From contig NIVC01002653.1 in assembly GCA_002269645.1 (NCBI GenBank), positions 62,001 through 126,000 of the forward strand: a stretch of 64,000 nt of DNA, in the 5' to 3' direction. The notes beneath the pieces were generated by a model, which saw only the letters and a program-made list of their open reading frames with translations, was not told the DNA's origin and searched no databases. The translations under genes were made by a program, and so were the position numbers. Every line of letters begins with the position of its first letter. Position 1 is the first letter of the stretch. Shown here in pieces: positions 12,479-46,200 of the stretch. The stretch comes from Macrostomum lignano. Taxonomy: Eukaryota.

Positions 12479-12883
12479 AAGCTCCGTTTGTCATGATTAA
12501 CTAACTGCCTAAAATTAGCATAATAAGCGCGGCCCAGATGCACGAACTGCCCGGGTTCTCCGAGAGCTAAGTCTTCATCATGGAAGCTGAGCATTCCAAT
12601 CTCTGTTTGGGGATTAGGGGTCAGGACAAGATGGAACAGCAGAGACTGTAGGGGGACACACAAGATGCATGACAATCTCCCCCCCCCCATCCACCACATG
12701 CTCAATTCCAACTCGATTTTTCTAAGAGTGCATATCGGATAGCAGCTCAATTCAGAGCTGAGCTCATCATTAAATCAACTTATCCCTGCCTCTGCTGTCT
12801 GTTTAGCGCTGCGCTGATTGCAGGCAGATGGCTGGCTATTTGTCTGTGTAACATGATCAGCATTTAGTGCAATGCTGCTATAC

Positions 12884-13919
<1,036 letters not shown>

Positions 13920-14398
13920 CTTCTGTCGATTTAGTGTCTTTAGTTTAGTATCACAGCATTTAAATTTACAGCTAAATTTAGGATCCGAAAGGCCTGGAGA
14001 CTCTTTACAGACAGGCAGGCAGAGGCAATGAACAGATTCTGAGATGGAAGAATTGATTAAGGAAGGGGCCAAACAAACTGGTAGGTAGCGAGGGTTGGCA
14101 GGAGGCTGCAGGAGGAGTCGCAGCCTCAATCGATGGCGATTATCGCTCAGCAGCGGCGCTCTTATCTATTTGGAATTTGAGTAGTCTCGGCTCGAGTTGA
14201 GAAGGTAAGATGAAGAGAGCGGCAGCTCTCGGGCCTGCCATCATGGAGTGGAACAGAGATACGGGACGGCAGAAGTTTTGCTTCATCAATTTTCGGAAGA
14301 TTCGTCATCAAATTTTTTTTCTGGCCTGACCTCTACGACCTCAGGAAGTCGGGCTGATGCAGACTTACGAATAATGAAATTTTAATTGGTTATTATTC

Positions 14399-15121
14399 TG
14401 TCAGGAGCTGATTGATATTGTATCAGGAGCTGATTGATATTGTGTCAGGAGCTGATTGATATTGTGTCAGGAGCTGATTGATATTGTGTCAGGAGCTGAT
14501 TGATATTGTGTCAGGAGCTGATTGATATTGTGTCAGGAGCTGATTGATATTGTGTCAGGAGCTGATTGATATTGTATCAAAGCTGATTAATATTGTGTCA
14601 GGAGCTGATCGATATTGTGTCAGGAGCTGATTGATATTGTGTCAGGAGCTGATTGATATTGTGTCAGGAGCTGATTGATATTGTGTCAGGAGCTGATACA
14701 TGTAAATATTGAAGCTACTGACTATTTTAAGAAGCAGTTTATTACTGTCAGTATCTGCTTGTTATTAGTGTCAGGAGCTACTCGTTATTAGTGTCAGGAG
14801 CTACTTAATATTAGTGTCAGGAGCTACTCAATATTAGTGTCAGGAGCTACTTAATATTAGTGTCAGGAGCTACTCAATATTAGTGTCAGGAGCTACTCGT
14901 TATTAGTGTCAGGAGCTACTCAATATTAGTGTCAGGAGCTACTCAATATTAGTGTCAGGAGCTACTCAATATTAGTGTCAGGAGCTACTCAATATTAGTG
15001 TCAGGAGCTACTCAATATTAGTGTCAGGAGCTACTCAATATTAGTGTCAGGAGCTACTCAATATTAGTGTCAGGAGCTACTCAATATTAGTGTCAGGAGC
15101 TACTCGTTATTAGTGTCAGGA
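14399..15121. repeat. two adjacent 22/23-bp minisatellites sharing the TGTCAGGAGCT core
   Basis: TGTCAGGAGCTGATTGATATTG (14399-14697) and TGTCAGGAGCTACTCAATATTAG (14768-15121). Confidence 0.9.
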
Positions 15122-15447
15122 GGCTATTCGATCAGTCAAAAGTGCCATCAGTCAGTGACCCAACCAACTCCCACCCCAAAAAACCTTTCAACCAATGATG
15201 TCGAAGGGCGTGCATTGAAGTTCCAGAATCTTTCGCAGGATGTTTCGTCCGACATCTCCTTCCCCAACTCTCCTCCAATACGACAACCTTAGTTTGTATA
15301 TAATCGCTCGCACGAGTTGAAATCCCAGAGTAAGAGAAGGACTGGCGCAGGTCCATCCGACGTGACCCCGCATCAGTTAGCAGAGGGGCCACTGCAGGCT
15401 TATTTAAGCATTGGCTCGATAGTATAAGTCGTTTTTAGGCCTTTTTT

Positions 15448-15495
<48 letters not shown>

Positions 15496-15812
15496 ATTCT
15501 CTGCTTTTGAACTTGGAGACAGCTTGACAGGCGAAGCCCGGAGGGCAGTTCCTCCCCATACCACGCAGCAGGAGATGGGGCCTCAGCCAGTTCCTCTCTA
15601 GTCGCGATCGGTGCTCCCCCCCGGGAGTTTTTTTTGTCAAGATCAGCCTTCAGAGAGACAGGAGACTTCAGCCAGAGAAATCAACGCACTCAGAGAGATG
15701 GCAGTTCACTGGAGCCAGGCTGGCACGGTCACGGTTGGAGATCGGGTGACTCTGTGCCTGAGAAAGTCCTGCAATAGCGGTGAGGAACTTTTTTTGAGTG
15801 ATTTATTACACT

Positions 15813-16812
15813 TTGGTGACTGAAACTTTAGTGACTGACACCTTAGTGACTGACACTTTAGTGACTGACACTTTAGTGACTGACACTTTGGTGACTGAAA
15901 CTTTAGTGACTGACACTTTAGTGACTGACACTTTAGTGACTGACACTTTAGTGACTGACACTTTAGTGACTGACACTTTAGTGACTGACACTTTAGTGAC
16001 TGACACTTTAGTGACTGACACTTTGGTGACTGACACTTTAGTGACTGACACCTTAGTGACTGACACTTTAGTGACTGACACTTTAGTGACTGACACTTTA
16101 GTGACTGACACTTTAGTGACTGACAGTTTGAGTGACTGACAATTTGAGTGACTGACAATTTGAGTGACTGACACTTTATGAGTAGTAACCGACACTTTGA
16201 TGACTGACAATTTGAGTGACTGACACTTTAGTGACTGACACTTTAGTGACTGACACTTTAGTGACTGACAGTTTGAGTGACTGACAATTTGAGTGACTGA
16301 CACTTTGAGTGACTGACACTTTAGTGACTGACACTTTAGTGACTGACACTTTAGTGACTGACAGTTTGAGTGACTGACAATTTTAGTGACTGACACTTTA
16401 GTAACCGACAGTTTGATGACTGACAATTTGAGTGACTGACAACTTAGTGACTGACACTTTGAGTGACTGACACTTTGAGTGACTGACACCTTAGTGACTG
16501 ACACTTTAGTGACTGACACTTTAGTGACTGACACCTTAGTGACTGACACTTTAGTGATTGACGCCTTAGTGACTGACACTTTAGTGACTGACACTTTAGT
16601 GACTGACACCTTAGTGACTGACACTTTGAGTGACTGACACCTTAGTGACTGACACTTTAGTGACTGACACTTTAGTGACTGACACCTTAGTGACTGACAC
16701 TTTAGTGATTGACGCCTTAGTGACTGACACTCTGAGTGACTGAAACTTAAGTGACTGACACCTTAGTGACTGACACTTTAGTAACTGACAATTTAGTGAC
16801 TGACACTTTGGT
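15813..16812. repeat. 15-bp minisatellite (TTAGTGACTGACACT)
   Basis: about 65 copies. Confidence 0.93.
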
Positions 16813-17372
16813 GACCGACTCGTCAGCGACTGCTGACACTTCAGTATTTCATTTGAAAGCAGCATAAAAGCTTCATTATTGTTGGCTAATTGCTAATAGA
16901 TTGACAGCTAATTCGAAGCACAGAACTCCGTCCCACACTTCACTCAGCCTCAGAAGCAAAAGTGCAATCCAGTTTAAAAGGATTGAAAACCATCCGACTT
17001 CTCCCATACTCCTCCATTGGGGATTCCAACTGCCAGACTTGAGACTAAGCCAGCTCATTCTTGCTCGCTATAAGGGGGCTCATTTATTGATGGCATTGGC
17101 GACTCGGTCGCGACTGGCTGATCGGCCGACTGCCAAGCTTGCGTGAAAGAATTCTACTCGAGAAAAAGGCCAATAAAGTGAATGGGAGATTGGCCAGGGA
17201 ACTTGGGAGGAGGGGATTAATTCTTCTGAGTTCTCCTGGCTGCTCAGCAACTGACTGATCTGATGGGGATTCCATCATCATCTGCCTCTCGCTCACGTGC
17301 TCAGCGAATATTGGCCAAGTGCCACAGATCCGCTATCTCAGCTGCCTGAGGTCACTGCGACTGTGACTGTGA

Positions 17373-17843
17373 TGACTTTTCACTGTGAGCCTGATGACCA
17401 TTCACTGTGAGCCTGATGACCATTCACTGTGAGCCTGATGACCTTTCACTGTGAGCCTGATGACCATTCACTGTGAGCCTGATGACCATTCACTGTGAGC
17501 CTGATGACCATTCACTGTGAGCCTGATGACCATTCACTGTGAGCCTGATGACCATTCACTGTGAGCCTGATGACCATTCACTGTGAGCCTGATGACTAAT
17601 CACTGTGAGCCTGATGACCTTTCATTCACTGTGAGCGTGATGATGACCATTCACTGTGAGCCTGATGACCATTCATTCACTGTGAGCGTGATGATGACTA
17701 TTCACTGTGAGCCTGATGACCATTCACTGTGAGCGTGATGCCTATTCACTGTGAGTGTGATGACTATTCACTGTGAGTGTGATGACCTTTCACTGTGAGC
17801 TTGATGACCATTCACCGTGAGCCTGATGACCATTCACTGTGAG
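17373..17843. repeat. 22-bp minisatellite (TTCACTGTGAGCCTGATGACCA)
   Basis: about 20 copies. Confidence 0.9.
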
Positions 17844-18325
17844 TGTTGTAGCTAGCTAACAGTTAAATCCACTGAAGCAGTGAAAACTGTTATTTTTTCA
17901 CTGTGACAGCGACGACCATTTACCGACAATATAAGAATCCAGTATTATTGCAAGAGAGACCAGCTGCTATAAAAAAACATTTTTAATTCATCCAAAACCG
18001 ATAGCAACACCCTTGCTGTCCTACTTTCAATAAACAGTTCAGCATTTTTAGGCGACAAACTCTACAGAATCGAACTCTATCATGTCATCGGTGGTGGACG
18101 GATGGATCGATTGAAGCTTGTCAGACGAAAGCGGCTGAGGGGAGCCGAGAGCTGAGCATGAAATGCGGAAATGCAGTGCCGAAGTGCAGGGGCGGGGCTG
18201 CTCCACCCCAGCTAGCCAGCCAATGGCAGTCCAAAGTCATGGATTTCTAAAACTGAACACAGAAAATCTGGATTGGAAGGCTACATTTGTGCTAGTCTTA
18301 TTTAGACACACAGCATATAAGAAAA

Positions 18326-18540
18326 TGTGTCAGGAGCTACTTAGTATTGTGTCAGCAGCTACTTAGAACTGTGTCAGGAGCTACTTAGTATTGTGTCAGG
18401 AGCTACTTAGTATTGTGTCAAGAGCTACTTACTATTGTGTCAGGAGCTACTTAGTATTGTGTCAGCAGCTACTTAGTATTGTGTCAGGAGCTACTTACTA
18501 TTATTTCAGTATCTCCTTACGAGTATTTTTGTGTCAGCAG
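18326..18540. repeat. 22-bp minisatellite (TGTCAGGAGCTACTTAGTATTG)
   Basis: same core as 14399-15121. Confidence 0.85.
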
Positions 18541-18746
18541 CTACTTCTTGTGGAAATCGTAAGTTCAATTGTAAATATAAAAGTTTATAAGGTATACAGT
18601 TAGGGATTTCTACGGTGCTGTTGCCAATCCAGATATTCTAACATCTAGTAGTCCGTGGCAGTAGTCCATGCTGCTGATATTTGAGTAAGCAAAAGAAGCG
18701 CATCGATCGAAAAGAAGCCCAACCCCCCGCTCCGAAGTTATCATAG

Positions 18747-38696
<19,950 letters not shown>

Positions 38697-38718
38697 CTGA
38701 CTGATCTTGAATGACTGG

Positions 38719-38754
<36 letters not shown>

Positions 38755-39068
38755 CTGATTGACTGATTGATTGATTGACTGATTGACTAATTGACTGATT
38801 GATTGATTGATTGATTGACTGATTGACTGATTGATTGATTGATTGATTGACTGATTGACTGATTGATTGATTGATTGATTGATTGACTGATTGACTGATT
38901 GATTGATTGATTGATTGACTGATTGACTGATTGACTGATTGATTGATTGATTGATTGACTGATTGACTGATTGATTGATTGATTGATTGATTGGCTGATT
39001 GATTGATTGACTGATTGATTGACTGATTGACTGATTGACTGATTGATTGACTGACTGATTGATTTATG

Positions 39069-39102
<34 letters not shown>

Positions 39103-39385
39103 ATGTTGATTGATTGATTGATTGATTGACTGATTGATTGATTGATTTGTTGATTGATTGACTGATTGATTGATTGATTGATTGATTGACCTACTGACTG
39201 ATTTTTGTTTTGATTGATTGATTGATTGATTGATTTGTTGATTGATTGACTGATTGATTGATTGATTGATTGATTGACTGACTGACTGATTTTTGTTTTG
39301 ATTGATTGATTGATTGATTGATTTGTTGATTGATTGACTGATTGATTGATTGGTTGATTGATTGACTGACTGACTGATTTTTGTT
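38719..39385. repeat. (GATT/GACT)n microsatellite
   Basis: about 670 bp between the two convergent stops. Confidence 0.93.
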
Positions 39386-40127
39386 TTCACCTAGGAGCAT
39401 GAACATGCTCCTAGGTGAAAGTTTTTGCACTGTTTTGTCAGTCGATAAAATTATTTATTTGGCATCACCCATCTGTGAATCAGTGCTTCACTTGCAGTTT
39501 CGCCCGCGCCCCCGCCGTCCCTGATCTCCTTGACCCTCAGCAGAATTTGTACATGCAATTTTAGTCCAATATTTTACCGGACTTGGAGAACTAAAATGAA
39601 TAAAAAGAACCTCAAGTTTTTGTTTAACTCTGTGCTGCAACCGTGTTTGGTGGCAGTTTAATGTATCACAATATTTCAAAGATAAACTCACGCTTACGAG
39701 CATGTAAAACAAACAGAATTAAACGCTGCTAGCAAGAAAAACACAAGATTAGAAAGATTAGAAAATTTGTTTAAAGTTGCAAAAAACAGACAGAGACGGA
39801 CAGGTCAAGACGGCAGTTCAAATTTCAGTTTATCACACAATCCTAAATGCGGTCGAGTTTCGGTCATTTTCGCGAGCAGTTTCCAATGAATCACAACAAA
39901 TAAACAAACAAAAATTAAAATAAGAAAATTTCAATAGAAAAACGCAGCAACTGTACAGAATCATTGATGGCAAATTGTGAATTGATATTTTTGCTGGCCT
40001 ACTTTCAGTAGCATAGTATGGGGTAAACCTGGCGCCGATCCGTGGAATGTGGAAAACTTCTCGCAATTTTTGGAATTCTAGAAACCCTATTTGTGATAAA
40101 GCTGCTCGTCTTTGAGCCACACCCTGG

Positions 40128-40235
40128 CTAGTTGTTCGCCGAGAGCCGCAGCTCCTGGGAGCCGCTGGGGCCGCCGACATCCGCCTGGGTATCCGACAGA
40201 TTCTGCATGGCGTCCTCGCTTGTGGAGTCCTCGGA
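40128..40235 (-). CDS. Cav3: Cav3 terminal exon
   Basis: acceptor CCTGTTTCAG; [11 protein letters not shown]...SANN stop. Confidence 0.65.
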   Translation of the reverse strand, partial: SEDSTSEDAMQNLSDTQADVGGPSGSQELRLSANN

Positions 40236-43200
40236 CTGAAACAGGTGAGGATTGAAGTTTCCCGGAATAGTGTCGGTAATCGTCTCGGTAATCGTGTCGA
40301 CAGTAGTGTCGGTAATAAAGTCGCTAATAATTTTGAAAGTGTTATAATTTTGTCGGTACTAATGTCGGAAATAGTGCCGGTAATATTATTAGAGTAGTGT
40401 CGGTAATTGTGTTGTTACTAACGGACCTGTCGATATTAGTATCGGCTAATAGTGTCGGTTAATAGTGTCGGATAATAGTGTCGGCTAATAGTGTCGGATA
40501 ATAGTGTCGGATAATAGTGTCGGTTAATAGTGTCGGTAATAGTGTCGGTTAATAGTGTCGATAATAGTGTTGCTGGAAATAACCTTGATGCCAATTCTCA
40601 CTCACCTCCTTCACCTCCCTTTGACGTCTTTCCCGTTGCCGTTGACTTTCTCGATTCTCCTCTTCAAGTTCTCGACGAATTTCTTTTTCCAGCTCGTCAT
40701 CGTCTGACATCATCTTGTGCGACTCCTGCCGTTGGTAGGAAAGCAAGCTACTGCATTCGGGATAGTCCGCTCTGCCCAGATGAACCCCACTCTACCCTAA
40801 AACACCCCACTCTACCCTACAATAGCCCACTCTACCCTAAAATACCCCACTCTACCCTACTCTACCCTAAAACACCCCACTCTACCCTAAAACACCCCAC
40901 TCTACCCTACAACACCCCACTCTACCCTAAAACACCCACTTTACCCTAAAACACCCCACTCTACCCTAAAACACCCCACTCTACCCTAAAACACCCCACT
41001 CTACCCTAAAACACCCCACTCTACCCTACAACACCCCACTCTACCCTACAACACCCCACTCTACCCTACAACACCCCACACTACCCTACAACAACCACTC
41101 TACCCTACAACACCCCACACTACCCTACAACAACCACTCTACCCTACAACACCCCACACTACTCTACAACCACCATTCTACCCTACAACACCCCACTCTA
41201 CCCTACAACACCCCACTCTACCCTACAACACCCCACTCTACCCTACAACACCCCACTCTACCCTACAACACCCCACTCTACCCTACAACACCCTACCCTA
41301 CCCAGCAACCCGGCAACCCCGGCCGCAGACCTCCAGGTGCTTCATGAGCACGGCCACCACAACGTTGACCAGCACGAACTGGGCCATGAGCACGAACACC
41401 ACAAAGTAGATTGGCGCAAAAAAGCCCGACACGCAGCAGTTCTTCACGCAGCTGTCGCTGGAGTCGCACTTGCCGCGCAGGGTGTCCTTCATGATCCCGT
41501 TCCAGTTGTCCCCGGTTGCTATGCGGAACAGGGTCAGGAAGGCCATGCCGAAATTCTCGAAGTGCGCGTGACGACTGAGACCGTCGCACGGGTTGTCCAG
41601 TGAGCACTCTGCCAGGGGATTAGTTATTGGTGACGTGACGCGAAAGTCAGGAGCTGATTGTTGTTTAATAACGAATGTGAATGCTTGCGATATATTTGTA
41701 AAATAGCTTAGGTACTTGACGAGTTGAAAACCGAGAGAAATAGCTTAAATATTGTAAATATTGGATTTCACAGATGCACTGACACTGTGAGTGGAGAGAG
41801 TACAAAATGGTAGAGACTTAAGGGGCGAGGCAATGGCTAGCGCAATGATGCATGGTTGCTAGAATAACTCGAGATGAAAGACAAACTATATGCTGCGCTA
41901 TTGAAACGATGAAAAACGAAAAGGCCTTTTGAGCGAGATGCTCTGGGTCGATATATTTAATGAGCTGAGTGAAAGCGTACAATACACGTGAGCGTAATGT
42001 GGGGTGGGGCGATCAGTGAAGAATGAAAGTGGTGCGATCAATAATTAGGGACTGTACGTATGAGCAAAATAAATATGTTAGCCTAATTGAACGTACATGT
42101 AGCTATTGCAAACGAAAAGTTTAAGAAATACCACGAGACAGTGGCAGCTCCAGAACATACCCCCCACCTTGACATGTCTATGGCAAAAACAAAATAATGA
42201 TGCAAAAATGTAATTTTGAAAATGAGTGGCAGTGGAAGCAAAATCTATGAGATAAAGATGCAGAAAAAGTTATGACGCAGAACTTACGCATTTCGTACTT
42301 GTACAAAACTTGACTAAACAAAATTGTCTTGCTGGGCTCTGTTACAGTAACCGAAAATGTAGAAAAAGAAAAGAAACGCGCTTGAGTTCGAAACATAAAC
42401 TGCAGTTGTATAGCATTTCACGGAAAATGATTTTAAGACAATCAACCCATTACCAGAGAGTGATGTGATTACAAGACAAAGGACAACGTGAAATCGCGAT
42501 GCAACATGGTTAAATTTGGATTACGATATAAATAATAATCGATTCAAAAAAATTAACAACCTAAATTACGAAGGCAAACACCAAACTCAAAATTTAAACA
42601 TGATCGAAATAAACGTATTCGACAAACAAACAAACTAAAACTAAGTAATCATTCGCACACCGAAAAAAAACACTGTCTAGAAAGCGACAAAAATGATAAT
42701 GACAGAATGACGAAAATGAAAATACGAATCGACACGGGGATTAACAGTTACAGTCCATCGATCAGTGAGTCATAGTCAGCCTTCAATCAGTAATCAATGG
42801 GCACAGTCTGTTGATTGGCCGCGTCAGAACCTTGTCCGCCAGCTGCACCTTTGCTACGCGAACATGGCCGTCTCGACCCGGGTACACCTCCAGGACTCGA
42901 GCCAGAGGCCAGTGACCCAGAGGGCTGTCCGGACAGACATACAGCACGACGTCCCCGGGCTTGAGGTCGAGCTTTGGCAAGATGATTGGTGATCTGATAC
43001 TAACCGGCAATGCTTCGGCCAACTGTAGACGACTCTCTGAGCGAAGAACGCCGCTAGGATCGAGTCTGGGATGCATTCTAGCCAGCTTGCTGCTCTCAGA
43101 AACGCTCTTGTTCTTCCTCAAGGCGGAAAGCTCCGTGCTGAATGCATCTTGCTGCACATCCTTGATGATTCTTAACTCCGCGTCTTCCAGCTCCGACGCC

Positions 43201-46200
43201 TGCAGCTCTCCTCGAGTTCGGTACTGTGGTTCGAAGCGACAATTGTTGGCAAATCTGCTAATCCAGGCATTTACCCTCAGGAATTTCATCCAGCTGGAGA
43301 ACCTGCTCGGATCGAGCCGCTCTACTTGATGCTTTCTTTGCTCGCTGGTGACGATTGTTGCACACATGACCGCTTCGGACGGGACTAAATCTTTCGCCGA
43401 ACCTTTCGTCTCCAGGTCTGCTGGTCGCTCCAACCTGGTACTTGGCCACTTGTAATCGTCATGATGTAAAAACTCTGGACCGTTTTTCCATTTCTGATCC
43501 TCGGCCAGCTGAGTTATCGTTGCGCCTCTTGACAGCAGATCAGCAGGATTGCACGCCGTTGGCACGTGTCTCCACTGGTTCGGATCAGTTGTCTGCTGGA
43601 TTTCTCCGATGCGATTCGCAACGAACGGTTTAAAGAAGCGTCCTCTTCCACGAATCCAAAACAGAACGTTCATGCTGTCCGACCAGAATACCGCATCTTT
43701 GATGTTCATCTCTAGTGCCTTGGCAATCTTGACCGCTAGATTCAGCCCAATGACCGCTGCCATCAGCTCCAGCCTCGGAATGCTCATAGTTGCTATGGGT
43801 GCAACTCGAGACTTGGCAGCGATGAGCCGAACGGATATCGAGGCGTCGGTGTACTTGCATCGTAGATAACACACTGCTCCGTAGGCCTTCTCCGAAGCAT
43901 CGACAAAGCAGTGAAGCTGAGACTGCGTAGGTACGCAAGAGAACTGCAGACAGCGATAAACTCGAAAGCAGTTCAGCTTCGTCAGGTCAGCACACCATGC
44001 TTGAATCCTCCTTTGCAGAGCCTCGTCCGGCGCTTCATCCCAATCAAGGCCGCTGCACCAGAGCTCCTGCAGTAGTATCTTTGCCTGCTCGGTGAAAGGT
44101 GCTATCAATCCGATAGGATCGTACACTGAAGCCAATCTCTTTAGCAGATCCTCTTTGACTTGACTGGTCTCAGCTCGCTATCAGCAACAAAGGTGAATTC
44201 ATCGTCCTCACTTTTCCAGACTACTCCAAGCGTCTTCGAAACTGGCAACGGCTGACCATCCAGGCTCACCTCCGCGACTCTATCCTCTGGTGCTACACAC
44301 GCAAGCAATGCTCTCGAGTTTGAAATCCACTTCCTAGCGTGCATACCAGCTCGCTCCCACAATTGGCTCAGCTCCTGATACAACTGAATAGCCTCTGAAT
44401 CAGTCTTCTTCGAATCCAGGCAGTCATCCATGTAAGTTGACTGGAGCACTGTTTCTGCGGCCGATGGAAACTCCTGCTTCAGCTTCTTCGCGTGCTCCTG
44501 AGTCACGAATTGCGCCAGAAATGGTGAGCTCGTTGCTCCAAAAACCCCTCGGTTGAACTCGAATGTCTGTGGTACCTTTGTCGGATCCATGTCCCGCCAC
44601 AGAAAGCTGTGCGCTGCCCGATCTTCTGGTGCGATCGCGATTTGCAAGTACATTTCAGAAATGTCGCAAGCAACCGCCACTGGATGCCTCCTGGAGCGCA
44701 GGAGCACATCAACCAGATCTTTCTGAAGCTTCGGTCCTGCCAGCATAAGGCTATTTAACGACTCCTCACCGCCAGCTGAAGCATCAAAGACGATGCGCAC
44801 CTTGGTAGTTGCCTTATCCATTCGAACCACTGGGAAATGAGGAAGGTGATACATGTTCGCTGGTTGTTGCTCATGCTCCAGTACTCTTCTGATGTAGCCA
44901 ACATTTTCGTAGCGACTGATGACGTCCTGATACTGCTTTGCTAGATCCGGATCTTTGCGGAGCCTCTTCTCGGTATTTGCAAGCCGCCTGATAGCCATTT
45001 CAAAGTTGCTATCATTAAACGTGACATCCGGTTTCCACGGAATGCCAACTTGGTATCGCCCATCGACGAACTTTAGCGATGATCGAGTTCTTTCCAAAGC
45101 GAGCTGCTCTGCATTAGTAAATGAAGATGGTTCGATGCTTCTCACCTCTTCTACTTCCCAAAACTGGCGTAACAGTGGCGCTAAATTCTCAGACCCGCCT
45201 CGGCTGAAGAACGTGTTTGCAAACAACGCGTGCTCCGAAGCTCCATCAACTCTACCGATACAAGTCCAACCTAAAGGTGTCAGCCGCGCTTGCGGATCTC
45301 CTGGGTTGCCGGTCACTTCCAACTGTGATGCATGCAAGTCTGGGTGATCGACTCCGATCAGCAAGTCAACCTCCGCTGGCGTTTGCATTCTTGGAAACGG
45401 AATGTTTGCTAAGTGCGACCATTTCGACGCCAATTCTTGCCAATCTACTACTTCCATGTTCCCTGTCACTCTATCTACCGTCAGCGCAGTAATCTCCTTG
45501 CTTATTTGGCCGTCAGTACTCTCCAAGGTGCATGACACTGGTGCTGTTATGAAGGTTTCCACCTGTCCGTTCAACACGTTTACCTGCATTGATTCCTGTT
45601 TGCCGTGCAGGCCAAGCTTGGATGCTATCGCCGTATTCAAATAGGTCTTTGTGCTGGCGTCATCAAGTAAGGCATTGACCTTCACCGCTCGCCTATTCGC
45701 CTTAAGAATGACCGGAACCGTTCGAAGTGAAACCGCACTGGCTTCTCTAGCGACCATTGTCACGGTTGCAGCTTTCGGCTTCGACTGCATTTCTTGCTCA
45801 GCACCGGCTTTGACTTCTGACTTCTCTTTCGATTCCGACCTTGCTGTCGAATGCAGCAGACGATGGTGGGATTTGGTGCATCCATCCACGCCGCACTTTC
45901 GACATCGTCGGCAGTTCATACCGGTGTGACCATGGCCAAGACAGCGGAAACAGGCTTTGGCTTCCTGAGCAGCCTTCCATCTGTTCTCAGACGACAGTTT
46001 CCCGAACGCGGGACACTTCCATAGATCGTGCGCCTCCTTGCAGACTACACAGGAGTAGCTCCCCTTGCTTGAGCTCTTGCTTAGCTGCGCTACATGGAAG
46101 GCCTTCTGCTTGCTGTCCTTTCTTGGTTGCTCCTGACTCGATGCGGCCACCCCGTACACAATTTCTGCTGCCTCAGTCCGGAACTCTGCCTCACGCAAAA

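Noticed and set aside
15525-15780. Additional 5' exon of the SRCIN1-like gene
   Set aside because: A phase-compatible donor (G|GTGAGG about 15780) exists, but there is no recognisable homology or clear acceptor.
42158-42782. env-like or extra ORF in the BEL 3' region
   Set aside because: AT-rich with only a 72-codon ORF and no recognisable features; treated as 3' UTR.
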